This document shows positions 7,366-17,669 of a stretch of 64,000 nt of DNA, piece after piece. Source of the DNA: Polyangia bacterium (GTDB lineage Bacteria; Myxococcota_A; Polyangia; Polyangiales; JAUICN01); the NCBI GenBank assembly GCA_030427835.1, contig JAUICN010000003.1, forward strand, positions 100,965-164,964, given 5' to 3'. The notes beneath the pieces were generated by a model that worked only from the letters and a program-made list of their open reading frames with translations, had not been told where the DNA came from and did no database searches. The translations under genes and the position numbers were made by a program. Positions within the stretch are counted from its first letter, which is position 1. Every line of letters starts with the position of its first letter.

Positions 7366-9146
7366 GATCCGTGAACCACCCGGTAAACGTTCAGGGGTTT
7401 TGCCTTGCCCTTCACTTGGGTGGGAGGGAGCAGTTCGCATTCAAAGCTGTCGCGAATCCGATCGTAGGTGGATTCTCCCACAAGGATCTCGCCCGGGCCC
7501 GCCTTGGAACACAAACGGGCACCCGTGTTCACCACATCGCCAATCACGGTGTACTCCAGGGCACGGCTGCTCCCAAGGTACCCCGCGACCACTTCACCGC
7601 TGCTGATCCCAGCACCCACTTCCATGGGGGGTTCGCCGCGGCGAGTCCGTGTTTCGTTGAGCACCTTCAAGCATTCAAACATTTCCACGGCAGTTCGCAC
7701 CGCCCGTTCGGCATCGTCCACGTGGGACACGGGGGATCCAAACAGTGCCATAATCTCGTCGCCCACGAACTTGTCCAGGGTTCCCTCGTGGCGGAAAATA
7801 ATTTCCACCATCTGTTCAAAATATTCGTTGAGCATGTCCACAATACTTTGGGGGGAATGGGCTTCTCCCATGGCCGTGAACCCTCGAATGTCTGTAAACA
7901 AAATGGTGGTGTCCCGAAGCTCGCCGCTCTTCTGTATCTCCACCTTTCCGCTCACCACCTGCTCGGCAATGGCCGGCGACAAAAGGCGTTCAAAACGTTG
8001 GCGGGTGCGTGCTTCCCGTTCGAGTTTTCCAGCGAAGAGGCTGTTTTGTACCGCGATGGCGGCTTGGTTGGCGATGTTCTGAAACAGCTCCAGGTCCTTG
8101 TCCGTGAACGCATTGGTGGCCACCTGGGAATCCACCACCAACATGCCCAACACCTGCCCCGAGTACAGCAGCGGCACCGCCATGGTGCTGCGAATGCCCT
8201 GCATGATAATGGAGTGCGCTCCCTCGAAGCGCGCATCCATGGAGGCGTCACTGGACAGAATGCCCGCACGGTCACGCAGAACTTCGGACGTGATGGTACT
8301 GGAGAGCACCACCTCCTCGTCCTTGCCGTCGCGGGAACGCACACATACCGGGTGCAATGCACCCTCCCCGCGCAGCCCACCCTCGGTTTCGATTCCGCTG
8401 CCCGCCCACAGGGCCTCATCCGCCGTGTGCAGCAACACGACCCCCCGATCGGGCTTCAGGAGTTGAAATGCGCAGTCCAGAATCTTCTCGCTGAGTTTAC
8501 GGATATCCAGTTCCACGCCAATCGTACGAATCACCTCGTAGCTCACCCGAAGTTTTTCGTAGTCCGATCGAAGGTGAGACTCCGAAGTCACCTGGGTCTC
8601 AGGCTGGAATGCCTGATCCACAATCGGCTGAATGCGGCTGTGGATGTGGCTCTCCACCCGTTGCGGTGAAAGCGTCACCCGGGATCGATCCCCCTCAGGT
8701 GCCTGGGATTCCACCGTATCCCCCGCGGCCTCCGGATCCCGGCGCCTGTGGTCGCCTGAGTCTTGAGCCTTTTGCCCTTGGCCTCCACGCAACACCGCAC
8801 CGCGGGCACCGCCCACCACGACTCCCGAGGAGACCTTAGGTGAAGGGGACTGCGAAGGGCCGCGGTCCTCCGCCTGAAACGTGATTTGGGTTGATCCCAT
8901 GCTAAACACGTCCCCAGAACGGAGTGCATGGGTGCCCACCCTGTCCTTGCCCATATAGGTACCGTTAAGAGACCCCAGGTCCTTGAGAACCCACTGCCCG
9001 TTCACCTGATCGATATGGCAATGCTCCTTGGACACAATACGATCCAGAATCTGGATCGTATTGTCGGGGTGCCTGCCAAGCTTATTGTGGGCCTCGAGGG
9101 TTTGTTTACGGGTGCCCTCCGGTCCCTCGATCACCAAAAAAGCCAT
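7362..9146 (-). CDS. FHA-GAF-class III adenylate/guanylate cyclase
   Basis: 594 aa. FHA (LGRHPDNTIQILDRIVSKEHCHI...GSLNGTYMG), GAF (ILSSDASMDARFEGAHSIIMQGIRSTMAVPLLYSGQVLGMLVVDS) and cyclase domain with metal Asp residues (ILFTDIRGFT, FVGDEIMALFG), substrate Lys (LDKFVGD), Thr (EYTVIGD) and Asn/Arg (VNTGARL). Confidence 0.9.
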   Translation of the reverse strand: MAFLVIEGPEGTRKQTLEAHNKLGRHPDNTIQILDRIVSKEHCHIDQVNGQWVLKDLGSLNGTYMGKDRVGTHALRSGDVFSMGSTQITFQAEDRGPSQSPSPKVSSGVVVGGARGAVLRGGQGQKAQDSGDHRRRDPEAAGDTVESQAPEGDRSRVTLSPQRVESHIHSRIQPIVDQAFQPETQVTSESHLRSDYEKLRVSYEVIRTIGVELDIRKLSEKILDCAFQLLKPDRGVVLLHTADEALWAGSGIETEGGLRGEGALHPVCVRSRDGKDEEVVLSSTITSEVLRDRAGILSSDASMDARFEGAHSIIMQGIRSTMAVPLLYSGQVLGMLVVDSQVATNAFTDKDLELFQNIANQAAIAVQNSLFAGKLEREARTRQRFERLLSPAIAEQVVSGKVEIQKSGELRDTTILFTDIRGFTAMGEAHSPQSIVDMLNEYFEQMVEIIFRHEGTLDKFVGDEIMALFGSPVSHVDDAERAVRTAVEMFECLKVLNETRTRRGEPPMEVGAGISSGEVVAGYLGSSRALEYTVIGDVVNTGARLCSKAGPGEILVGESTYDRIRDSFECELLPPTQVKGKAKPLNVYRVVHGS

Positions 9147-9303
9147 GGTCCTGCGTCCAAGGCTATCTGGCCCAGGCCATCCCTGTAAAGCGCTGAAATC
9201 ACGAGCATAGGGAACCGCAGAATCTTGCGACGGCCCCGTGGCGGGTGGTCGTCAAAAACCGTTCAAAAGACGGCGAGTCCAGGTCGAATTGTCATCAAGT
9301 TGT

Positions 9304-9331
9304 TGTCACCGGCGTCGCACCTGCTATTTTC
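9304..9331 (+). promoter_or_regulatory. candidate sigma70-type promoter for rpoZ (TTGTCA-16-TATTTT)
   Basis: TTGTCA at 9304-9309, a 16-nt spacer and TATTTT at 9326-9331, about 60 nt upstream of the rpoZ ATG. Sequence match only. Confidence 0.25.
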
Positions 9332-9391
9332 TGCCTCCAACGGCCAGCCCGGCTGTTAGAAGTCACCAGGACGGATTCCCCAAGAGGCACC

Positions 9392-9655
9392 ATGGCACGC
9401 GTTACCGTAGAAGATTGTCTAACCCACGAAGAAAATCGCTTTTCCTTGGTGGTCCTCGCCTCCCAACGTTGCAGGCAACTGGCCCGCGGCGCCTCATCCA
9501 CCGTTCCCAGCAAAAATCGCTCCGCCGTCACCGCCTTGCGTGAAATTGCCGCAGAAAACGTCTACTACAATCGCCCCGTGGAAGGTGCGGTCCGCGAGTA
9601 CATTGCGGAAGAGAAGGCCTGGGAAGTAAGCCTGTTGGAAGGTGGCGGCCTCTAG
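9392..9655 (+). CDS. rpoZ: DNA-directed RNA polymerase subunit omega
   Basis: MARVTVEDCLTHEENRFSLVVLASQRCRQLARG... is a typical RpoZ N-terminus. ATG at 9392 is preceded by AAGAGG. The track ORF 9245-9655 carries a non-homologous N-terminal extension. Confidence 0.9.
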   Translation: MARVTVEDCLTHEENRFSLVVLASQRCRQLARGASSTVPSKNRSAVTALREIAAENVYYNRPVEGAVREYIAEEKAWEVSLLEGGGL

Positions 9656-9712
9656 GAGCCCGGTCCGAGAGGAGCCTTTCAGGAGAATGCTCCGATGATG
9701 GGTGACTCACGG

Positions 9713-10462
9713 TTACAAACGTACCCGGTGCCCAAGCCCAGCCCTGTAAAGACGTCTCCAGTACCGTATCCAGTGCTCCCAGTGGTGCCCTGAACGGTCC
9801 TGGGGGGTGGTCATTTCCTGGTATTTTAGAATATTGAGCGCAGCTCTGTGCGCATCTCGATAACGTGTGCCCACACCGTTGCCGGCACCGTCCATGAAGG
9901 TCACGCCTCGGAATAGCCAGCGGCGCACACGGAGGCTATGGGAGTGCCATTCCCGGTCGGGCCCCTGATGTTCCGCCATTCCCACGACGTATTTGTCCAA
10001 ATCGGCCTGAATTTCAAGCTCAATACCCCTCACCTGCAAACCGTGCCGGTAGCGTTGTTCAAGCATCAACAGGTGGCTCACGCCCTCAACCAACAGGCAC
10101 AACCCCTGACGTGCTTCAGGCGTACTCCAGGGGTTGCTCGATGCCTGCATCAGGGCCCTTAGCGGACCGTCGGCCAGGAAAAGCCCAAGTTCCAGGTCTT
10201 CTCCACGTTCTACAGCGATCACCACCTCTCCCCGTTGAAGTTCCTGCGGTGGAATCCACCGTTGGGCCCGGGTCGGGGAACAGAGCAGATCTCCTACGGT
10301 AAGCCCACCCCCCACGTCGTAGAAGCCACACAACCAACGGTAGGTCGTTTCCACGGCGGACCGACGAAACCGCTTCAGATCCGTACCTGCCTGAAAACGG
10401 AGTGGGCCCGCAATCGCGCGGGCCGGAGACGATGTTTTGGAGACTGTCGGGGTCGAGGTCAC
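9713..10462 (-). CDS. hypothetical protein (249 aa), coupled to the upstream hypothetical gene
   Basis: In-frame GTG 10462-10460 forms GTGA with the upstream TGA (10461-10459). The track version from 10576 would overlap the upstream gene by 118 nt. I recognise no motif. The C-terminus is rich in His/Trp/Arg (HHWEHWIRYWRRLYRAGLGH). Confidence 0.6.
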   Translation of the reverse strand: MTSTPTVSKTSSPARAIAGPLRFQAGTDLKRFRRSAVETTYRWLCGFYDVGGGLTVGDLLCSPTRAQRWIPPQELQRGEVVIAVERGEDLELGLFLADGPLRALMQASSNPWSTPEARQGLCLLVEGVSHLLMLEQRYRHGLQVRGIELEIQADLDKYVVGMAEHQGPDREWHSHSLRVRRWLFRGVTFMDGAGNGVGTRYRDAHRAALNILKYQEMTTPQDRSGHHWEHWIRYWRRLYRAGLGHRVRL

Positions 10463-11157
10463 TGGCGGTCGCCACCTTGGGATCCGTTCGTTGGCTCGCC
10501 CTGAAACATAGTGGACGGAAATAGACCGTGATCCCTGAGTTTTCGAAGTGCTGAAGCAGAACCGCTTCGCCGCCAACGATCGTACAGTTTCACCACTCCC
10601 TGGGGCCCCTGCACCGTTTCCACCTCACACACGTCCTGAAGTGTCATGGAAATGGGCACAAAACGTACTGCCAGGGAAGCATACACAGAAGAGGTAGACC
10701 GGTTGCCCGAAAGCTGTTGTGCACAGAGGTATGCTCGTCTTCCCATGGACGCCACGTATCGTTTGCTGATACCTTTTTTCTTTAGGTGTTCCCCGAAAAA
10801 GCCAGAGGAATATAGGGTGATATCCCCTAAATAACGAAATCTTCGAAGTTTCTCGGGGCGATCCTCTGGCTCGAGCGCCTTTCTCCATTGAAAGGCCAGG
10901 GGAGTCTTCAAATCCACCATGCCCTTTCCCAGGGCAAATCGGGAAAGCATTCCAACCACGTACTGGCGGGCCGCATCGTCCAGGTCCACGCCCCTATCTT
11001 CCAATGCCCGGTGGAGCCGCTCATGAAAAAAAGACTGCAGGTCTGGTGAGAGCACGATCGAAGACCGCGGCGCGCTTGAGGGTCGAGGAGCCATACTCAA
11101 ATTGTAGCCCAAACGCATTTGTACATGCCAGACGAACAAGAACCACGCCCAGGCCAA
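10459..11157 (-). CDS. hypothetical protein (211-232 aa)
   Basis: Track ORF of 232 aa. The alternative ATG 11094 (MAPRPSSAP...) leaves more room for the divergent groES promoter. The protein looks helical and basic (FRYLGDITLYSSGFFGEHLKKKGISKRYVASMGRRAYLCAQQL). No family recognised. Confidence 0.6.
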   Translation of the reverse strand: MAWAWFLFVWHVQMRLGYNLSMAPRPSSAPRSSIVLSPDLQSFFHERLHRALEDRGVDLDDAARQYVVGMLSRFALGKGMVDLKTPLAFQWRKALEPEDRPEKLRRFRYLGDITLYSSGFFGEHLKKKGISKRYVASMGRRAYLCAQQLSGNRSTSSVYASLAVRFVPISMTLQDVCEVETVQGPQGVVKLYDRWRRSGSASALRKLRDHGLFPSTMFQGEPTNGSQGGDRQ

Positions 11158-11177
11158 GCTTCTTCGTTTCCCAGGGG

Positions 11178-11205
11178 TTGACGTGAGAATTCCGCGATTT
11201 ATGGT
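11178..11205 (+). promoter_or_regulatory. candidate sigma70-type promoter of groES-groEL (TTGACG-16-TATGGT)
   Basis: TTGACG at 11178-11183, a 16-nt spacer and TATGGT at 11200-11205, immediately upstream of the CIRCE element. Confidence 0.45.
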
Positions 11206-11212
11206 GCCGGCC

Positions 11213-11239
11213 TCAGCACTCGGCTAGGTCGAGTGCTAA
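11213..11239 (+). promoter_or_regulatory. CIRCE operator (HrcA binding site)
   Basis: TCAGCACTC-N9-GAGTGCTAA compared with the consensus TTAGCACTC-N9-GAGTGCTAA (one mismatch), about 80 nt upstream of groES. Confidence 0.85.
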
Positions 11240-11319
11240 CAATCGGTGTCGCCGGTCCACGGGGATGGGCACGCCAAAGAATCCAATCGACTAGAGAAAA
11301 TAGACCAAGGGAGGCAAAC

Positions 11320-13270
<1,951 letters not shown>

Positions 13271-13286
13271 TCCGGCTCTCCCCATC

Positions 13287-13326
13287 AAAAAAAGACCGCT
13301 ACAGGTTCCTGTGGCGGTCTTTTTTT
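13287..13326 (+). terminator. bidirectional rho-independent terminator
   Basis: AAAAAA-AGACCGCTACAGG-tt-CCTGTGGCGGTCT-TTTTTT. The GC-rich stem (one G-U pair) is flanked by an A-run and a T-run. It sits between convergent groEL (+) and the SGNH gene (-). Confidence 0.8.
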
Positions 13327-13347
13327 GTATTCAATGGCCAAACCAAT

Positions 13348-14985
13348 CTAACGAACCGCACGGATCCCAGAGTGGATACGTGCGCCCCGCCGAATGGCCT
13401 CCACGAAACCATCGGCAATCTTTCGGGATCCAGCGCGAGTAAGGTGCCTGTAGTCCACGGTCAACAAACGCGGGCGCCCATGGTACCAGCGATGGGCAGA
13501 CCCCTGACCACCCATGAACTCGTAGGTACTGTAAAACGCGCATCCGGCATTCAGGGCGGCCTGTTTTTGGGCAGCCACCACACGGGGAGTACGCGTCAGG
13601 GATCGAATCGTGGAAGTACCTTCGTGCACCTCCCCGGCATCCGTTACCGACATCACAAGGCAAGAACGGGCCGTAGCCTTAGCCACACCATCACGGCTCA
13701 AGGTGGGTAGGCCTGAAACCAACGCGCCAGAAGCCGTGCGAAGTGCTTCGGAAAAATCCCGAACAAAGGACTCCCTATGAAAGGGCATGGACTCGGATGC
13801 CACGTCGTTTCCACCCATCCAAAACACCACAAGGTCAGTGCCCATGGCGTCCAACTGTGCCCGCCAATGGTCTTCGTCGAAATTCCGCAGGATTCGAGTA
13901 AACGCCCCCACCAGCGCCAGCCCATCCACGATCACACCTGGGCCGCGATTTTCAAACGAAACTCCCAGAAAATCCACGTTCCCCTTCCGTACCCGCACGT
14001 CCATCTCCCGAAGTGGCCCGTGAGTTGTTTGGGTTTCCACATGCAGTGCCCCCCCGACCGTTGGGCTCACCGAGACCCAGTCGGTCTGATTGCGGGCCGT
14101 GTTGGAAAAGGCTCCCTGAGAAGTATTGTGCCGAAGATAAAAAATCCGCGCACGGTCCACGGGAGATTCCAACGAAAACTGCACCCGTGCACCTGGGGCG
14201 CGGCCCAAGGAGCGCACACCACCCACCCCGTAGTACCCGTCCTCAAGGCCCCCCCGGTTCACCACCGACGTTCGCCACCGGCCCGAGGTCTCCCATCGCA
14301 CGTTCTGGTGTCGCTGGTACTGCCATCCGGGCGTCATGGTCATGAACCCCTTGCCGCCATCCCCCAACACCTGACGTAAACGTCCTCTCACCCATGCGCT
14401 GAAACGATCCGCCCCGTTGATGGAGTCACTGTAGACCGAAATGCGAACGGGCCGTCTCCTGGGGGCCTGAGACAGAAGTCGTTGGTAAAAGCCCGTCATG
14501 GATCCCGATGGATCCAGCACATTGGCCACAGGCCCCCCAGAACTGTCCGGAAGCTTCAACCAACGCTCCATGCGGCGCCGACGTTCCTTCTCAGACCATC
14601 GCCCTTCCCTTTCGCTCCCGTCTGAACTGCCCAGGTTGTCCGCAACCGTTCCAGTCTCGGGATTGCCCCGTGTGCCACCCAGTCCGACGCCACCCACAGT
14701 GGGTCGTTCCGCCTCACGTGGGGCGTCGTCGCGGTCTGCAATGATGGAAAGCAACGGCCATCGGGGAGGTTGCCCAAGACAACGTAGTCGTGTCACCCAA
14801 CCCTGCCAATCCACAGTATCTCCCTCCCGATCTCCATCGCGTGCCGGGATCAGGTAGGGAAGCGCACCGCAAAGAAGCAGCGCAACATACATCCAAGCGA
14901 CCGACCGAATCCCCCCACGTATGTGAGCCCGCGCGTTTACCGAGGGCGTCGTTTGGTGGTCATCAGTTTCACTAGAAGAAATCAT
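13348..14985 (-). CDS. membrane-anchored SGNH/GDSL-family hydrolase or O-acyltransferase
   Basis: 545 aa with an N-terminal TM (VAWMYVALLLCGALPYLI). SGNH blocks are ISVYSDSI (block I Ser), VFWMGGNDVAS (block III) and VDYRHLT (block V DxxH). It lies 6 nt downstream of the MBOAT gene. Confidence 0.75.
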   Translation of the reverse strand: MISSSETDDHQTTPSVNARAHIRGGIRSVAWMYVALLLCGALPYLIPARDGDREGDTVDWQGWVTRLRCLGQPPRWPLLSIIADRDDAPREAERPTVGGVGLGGTRGNPETGTVADNLGSSDGSEREGRWSEKERRRRMERWLKLPDSSGGPVANVLDPSGSMTGFYQRLLSQAPRRRPVRISVYSDSINGADRFSAWVRGRLRQVLGDGGKGFMTMTPGWQYQRHQNVRWETSGRWRTSVVNRGGLEDGYYGVGGVRSLGRAPGARVQFSLESPVDRARIFYLRHNTSQGAFSNTARNQTDWVSVSPTVGGALHVETQTTHGPLREMDVRVRKGNVDFLGVSFENRGPGVIVDGLALVGAFTRILRNFDEDHWRAQLDAMGTDLVVFWMGGNDVASESMPFHRESFVRDFSEALRTASGALVSGLPTLSRDGVAKATARSCLVMSVTDAGEVHEGTSTIRSLTRTPRVVAAQKQAALNAGCAFYSTYEFMGGQGSAHRWYHGRPRLLTVDYRHLTRAGSRKIADGFVEAIRRGARIHSGIRAVR

Positions 14986-14991
14986 GGGATC

Positions 14992-16419
14992 CTAGAACTG
15001 GAAATAGATAAAAGGGGTGGCCTGACCACGACCCACCCAAACAAGAATTGCGGCCATCGCAATCGTAAATCCTGCGCGCGCGATGTCGCTGGAATCCCTG
15101 TACCACTGCGCCACACGGTCTACCCAACCCTGGGGTGTGAGATGCACCACCGTAAACGCCAGGGTCACAGCCCAGGTCCACGGGTCCACACGCATCGCCG
15201 TACCGGAAAACGAAAACATCTGCCGGTACATGCGCATCATGGTATCCAGGTCGGGAGATCGAAAAACGGGCCAATGAAGCACAAACAGGGTGAGGTTCAA
15301 TGCCGTCCACACGCGCCTGGGCACGGCGCGGTAGGCCTGGCTGATCCAAAGGGACTCGTGGCTTCGGGCCCAATCACGGAACATGCGATTGCCGGCCACA
15401 GCCGCCCCATGCCAAACGCCGAAAATCACAAAGGTCCAACCCGCTCCGTGCCAGATCCCAGCCAGCAAAAATGTGATGAACAGGTTCACGTAGCTGCGCG
15501 CCCTGCCCTTCTTGGATCCACCCAGCGGCACATACACGTAGTCCCGAATCCAACTGGAAAGGGTCAGGTGCCAACGGGACCAGAAATCAATGGGCCCCGT
15601 GGCCTGAAAAGGCCTCCGGAAGTTGATGGGTAGCTCAAATCCCAACAGTCGAGCCGAACCACGCGCAATGTCGGTATATCCAGAAAAATCTCCGTAAAGC
15701 TGCCAAGTGTAGGCGAACACAGCAAACCACACCTCGGAAGAGCTGTAGGCCCCCGGATCATCCCAAACCCGGTCGATCCACCTTCCCGCCAAAAAGTCTG
15801 CCACGAGAACCTTTTTGACCATGCCCCGCAGGATGAGAAAAAATCCCGATCCCACCTGACTTCGATCCAGGGAGGGTGGGGATTCGAACTGGGGAAGAAA
15901 CTCAGCGGCCCGCACGATGGGGCCCGCAACCAATTGCGGAAAAAACGCAACGAACGTTGCAAACCTTAGAAACGAAGTGGTGGGCTGCAGTTCCCCCCGG
16001 TAAACGTCCAGCGTGTAACTCAAGGTCTGAAACGTGTAGAAAGAAATGCCCACGGGCAGCAGCCAATGCAGTTGCCCGTCCAACAGTTGCGGCAGCCCCA
16101 GTACACTGGCCAGGGATCCCAGGGCAAAGTCGTAGTACTTAAAAAGGCAAAGCGTGCCCAGGTTTCCAACTAGGCTCACCAGGAGCAAAAGCTTCTTCTT
16201 TCGGGGTGCCCCTGCCCGCGCAATCCCCAGTGCAATAAAATAATCCAGGACCGTGGACCCAAGAATCAGAAGAATGAACAGCGCATTCCAGGACATGTAG
16301 AACAGGTAGCTTGAGACCAGCAGTACAACGGTTCTCAGCCAGACGTGGTTTCGCGCACCCCAAAACAGGAAGAACACGATTCCTAAAAACAAAACATAGT
16401 CGGAGCTGTTGAACAGCAT
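14992..16419 (-). CDS. MBOAT family O-acyltransferase (AlgI/PatA/DltB-like)
   Basis: 475 aa, polytopic. Typical MBOAT segments FWSRWHLTLSSWIRDYVYVPLGG and FLLAGIWHGAGW (conserved His). Confidence 0.9.
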   Translation of the reverse strand: MLFNSSDYVLFLGIVFFLFWGARNHVWLRTVVLLVSSYLFYMSWNALFILLILGSTVLDYFIALGIARAGAPRKKKLLLLVSLVGNLGTLCLFKYYDFALGSLASVLGLPQLLDGQLHWLLPVGISFYTFQTLSYTLDVYRGELQPTTSFLRFATFVAFFPQLVAGPIVRAAEFLPQFESPPSLDRSQVGSGFFLILRGMVKKVLVADFLAGRWIDRVWDDPGAYSSSEVWFAVFAYTWQLYGDFSGYTDIARGSARLLGFELPINFRRPFQATGPIDFWSRWHLTLSSWIRDYVYVPLGGSKKGRARSYVNLFITFLLAGIWHGAGWTFVIFGVWHGAAVAGNRMFRDWARSHESLWISQAYRAVPRRVWTALNLTLFVLHWPVFRSPDLDTMMRMYRQMFSFSGTAMRVDPWTWAVTLAFTVVHLTPQGWVDRVAQWYRDSSDIARAGFTIAMAAILVWVGRGQATPFIYFQF

Positions 16420-16425
16420 CGATCC

Positions 16426-16746
16426 TCAAGCGGCGCTTCCGTTGAACTGAAGAATCACTTTCTCAATTCGGCTCGCGGAAGCCGGGTCACCCTTCATTCG
16501 CAACACATCCGCAATGGACTGCAACTCCTCACGAATCCCATCCAGTGGGGGGCCGTTGCCCTGACCCATGGAACGACGGTGGACCATTCCAGCCATTTCA
16601 CCCTGAAGCTCCAACACCCTGGAACATCGCTCAAGCACGATCCTTTCTGACAACCCGGCCTCTTCGGCCTCCATGTGCTTCAGGCGGGATTGCAGATGCA
16701 AAGGCTCAGCATTCGCCCCAAACTGGGCCCTGCTCTGACTGGACAT
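16426..16746 (-). CDS. small hypothetical protein (106 aa) heading the MBOAT operon
   Basis: Start at ATG 16746 (MSSQSRAQFG...). The track start at 16932 would overlap the 3' end of the DUF547 gene by 112 nt. The stop is 6 nt before the MBOAT start. No motif recognised. Confidence 0.45.
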   Translation of the reverse strand: MSSQSRAQFGANAEPLHLQSRLKHMEAEEAGLSERIVLERCSRVLELQGEMAGMVHRRSMGQGNGPPLDGIREELQSIADVLRMKGDPASASRIEKVILQFNGSAA

Positions 16747-16820
16747 GGCGCCGATGTAGCAGGCTCCGCCCAAAGGTTCACCCCCATGGGGAATCCCCAC
16801 TACGGAAGCGAAGCCGAATC

Positions 16821-17585
16821 CTAGGGAGCGCGGGCACGGTCGTTGAGGCGCCAATTGTACCGCTGGTATGTAATGCGGGTGTCTGCGGGTAACCCTGAGT
16901 AGGTTCCCTTGGTATCGTATTTCTGAATCCAACCCAGTACGGTCGCGGCTTCGTTCCGAAAATCGTCCCCAAACCAGTCAAACAGCGCGCTCACCTGCAA
17001 CACCCCATCCCGAATCCGAACGTGAACAGGCCGGGCAACCATCCGTTGGGCCAATCGCTTCAACGTGTGCTCCAGTGTTTGGGCCCGAAGGGGTTGCCCA
17101 AGGAGTGCCGGGCAGGACACGGCACCACAATTCAGGGCCGCGTGGACACGGGCATCCTGAAACCTGGGTCGAATCATCCGGTGTTCTATCTCATCGAGGG
17201 TCCGAGCTTGCCCGGCCACCTGAAAGCGAGTGTGCTTAAAGAAACCAGGCACCTCCATCACGCTACCAAGCACTTCCCCATTCGGCCTCCGGTAGGCTTG
17301 GGTCACCTGCCACACCACCAGCCCATTGTACGCGTTGATCCAATCGGCCAATCCTGCCTCCGGGGGCATGGTCGCCAGGGACTCCACAAAACGGTTCAGC
17401 CGGGCCATGGATTCCCTGTCGGCCACCAACGCCCCATAGTCCACGCCGCCCCGATGGGCGTGAGCGTGAAGCACCGAGCCCCAGGCCCGGGTTTCCTGGC
17501 CCAAGGCAGGGCTGGTAGCCAACACCGTCCAAAACATGACCGCTGAAAACAGAGGCTGCATCGCAACGCCACGAACCAAAGACAT
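16821..17585 (-). CDS. DUF547 domain-containing protein
   Basis: DUF547-type motifs LADWINAYNGLVVWQV and RVHAALNCGAVSCPALL. Start chosen at ATG 17585 (MSLVRGVAMQPLFSAVMFWTVLATSPALG, signal-like). The track start 17669 would directly abut the divergent gene. Confidence 0.75.
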   Translation of the reverse strand: MSLVRGVAMQPLFSAVMFWTVLATSPALGQETRAWGSVLHAHAHRGGVDYGALVADRESMARLNRFVESLATMPPEAGLADWINAYNGLVVWQVTQAYRRPNGEVLGSVMEVPGFFKHTRFQVAGQARTLDEIEHRMIRPRFQDARVHAALNCGAVSCPALLGQPLRAQTLEHTLKRLAQRMVARPVHVRIRDGVLQVSALFDWFGDDFRNEAATVLGWIQKYDTKGTYSGLPADTRITYQRYNWRLNDRARAP

Positions 17586-17669
17586 GGCCGCACGTACGCC
17601 CCAAACCCGCCAGGGGTTACCCACGGGATCTCCCATGTCCTGGTACTTTGTTGGTGCTACGGTCCCCAC

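Noticed and set aside
7350-8669. 439-aa plus-strand ORF opposite the FHA-GAF-cyclase gene
   Set aside because: It lies entirely inside a gene with clear FHA, GAF and cyclase motifs on the other strand. Its translation is His/Gly/Arg-rich with no recognisable domain.
16426-16746. The 106-aa protein as a DltC/ACP-like carrier for the MBOAT
   Set aside because: It has no (D/G)xDS(L/I) phosphopantetheine attachment motif. The only candidate Ser sits in ELQSIADVL without the preceding Asp.
16747-16932. Longer 168-aa form of the small ORF heading the MBOAT operon
   Set aside because: It would overlap the 3' end of the DUF547 gene by 112 nt. The internal ATG 16746 gives a compact gene with a 74-nt spacer.
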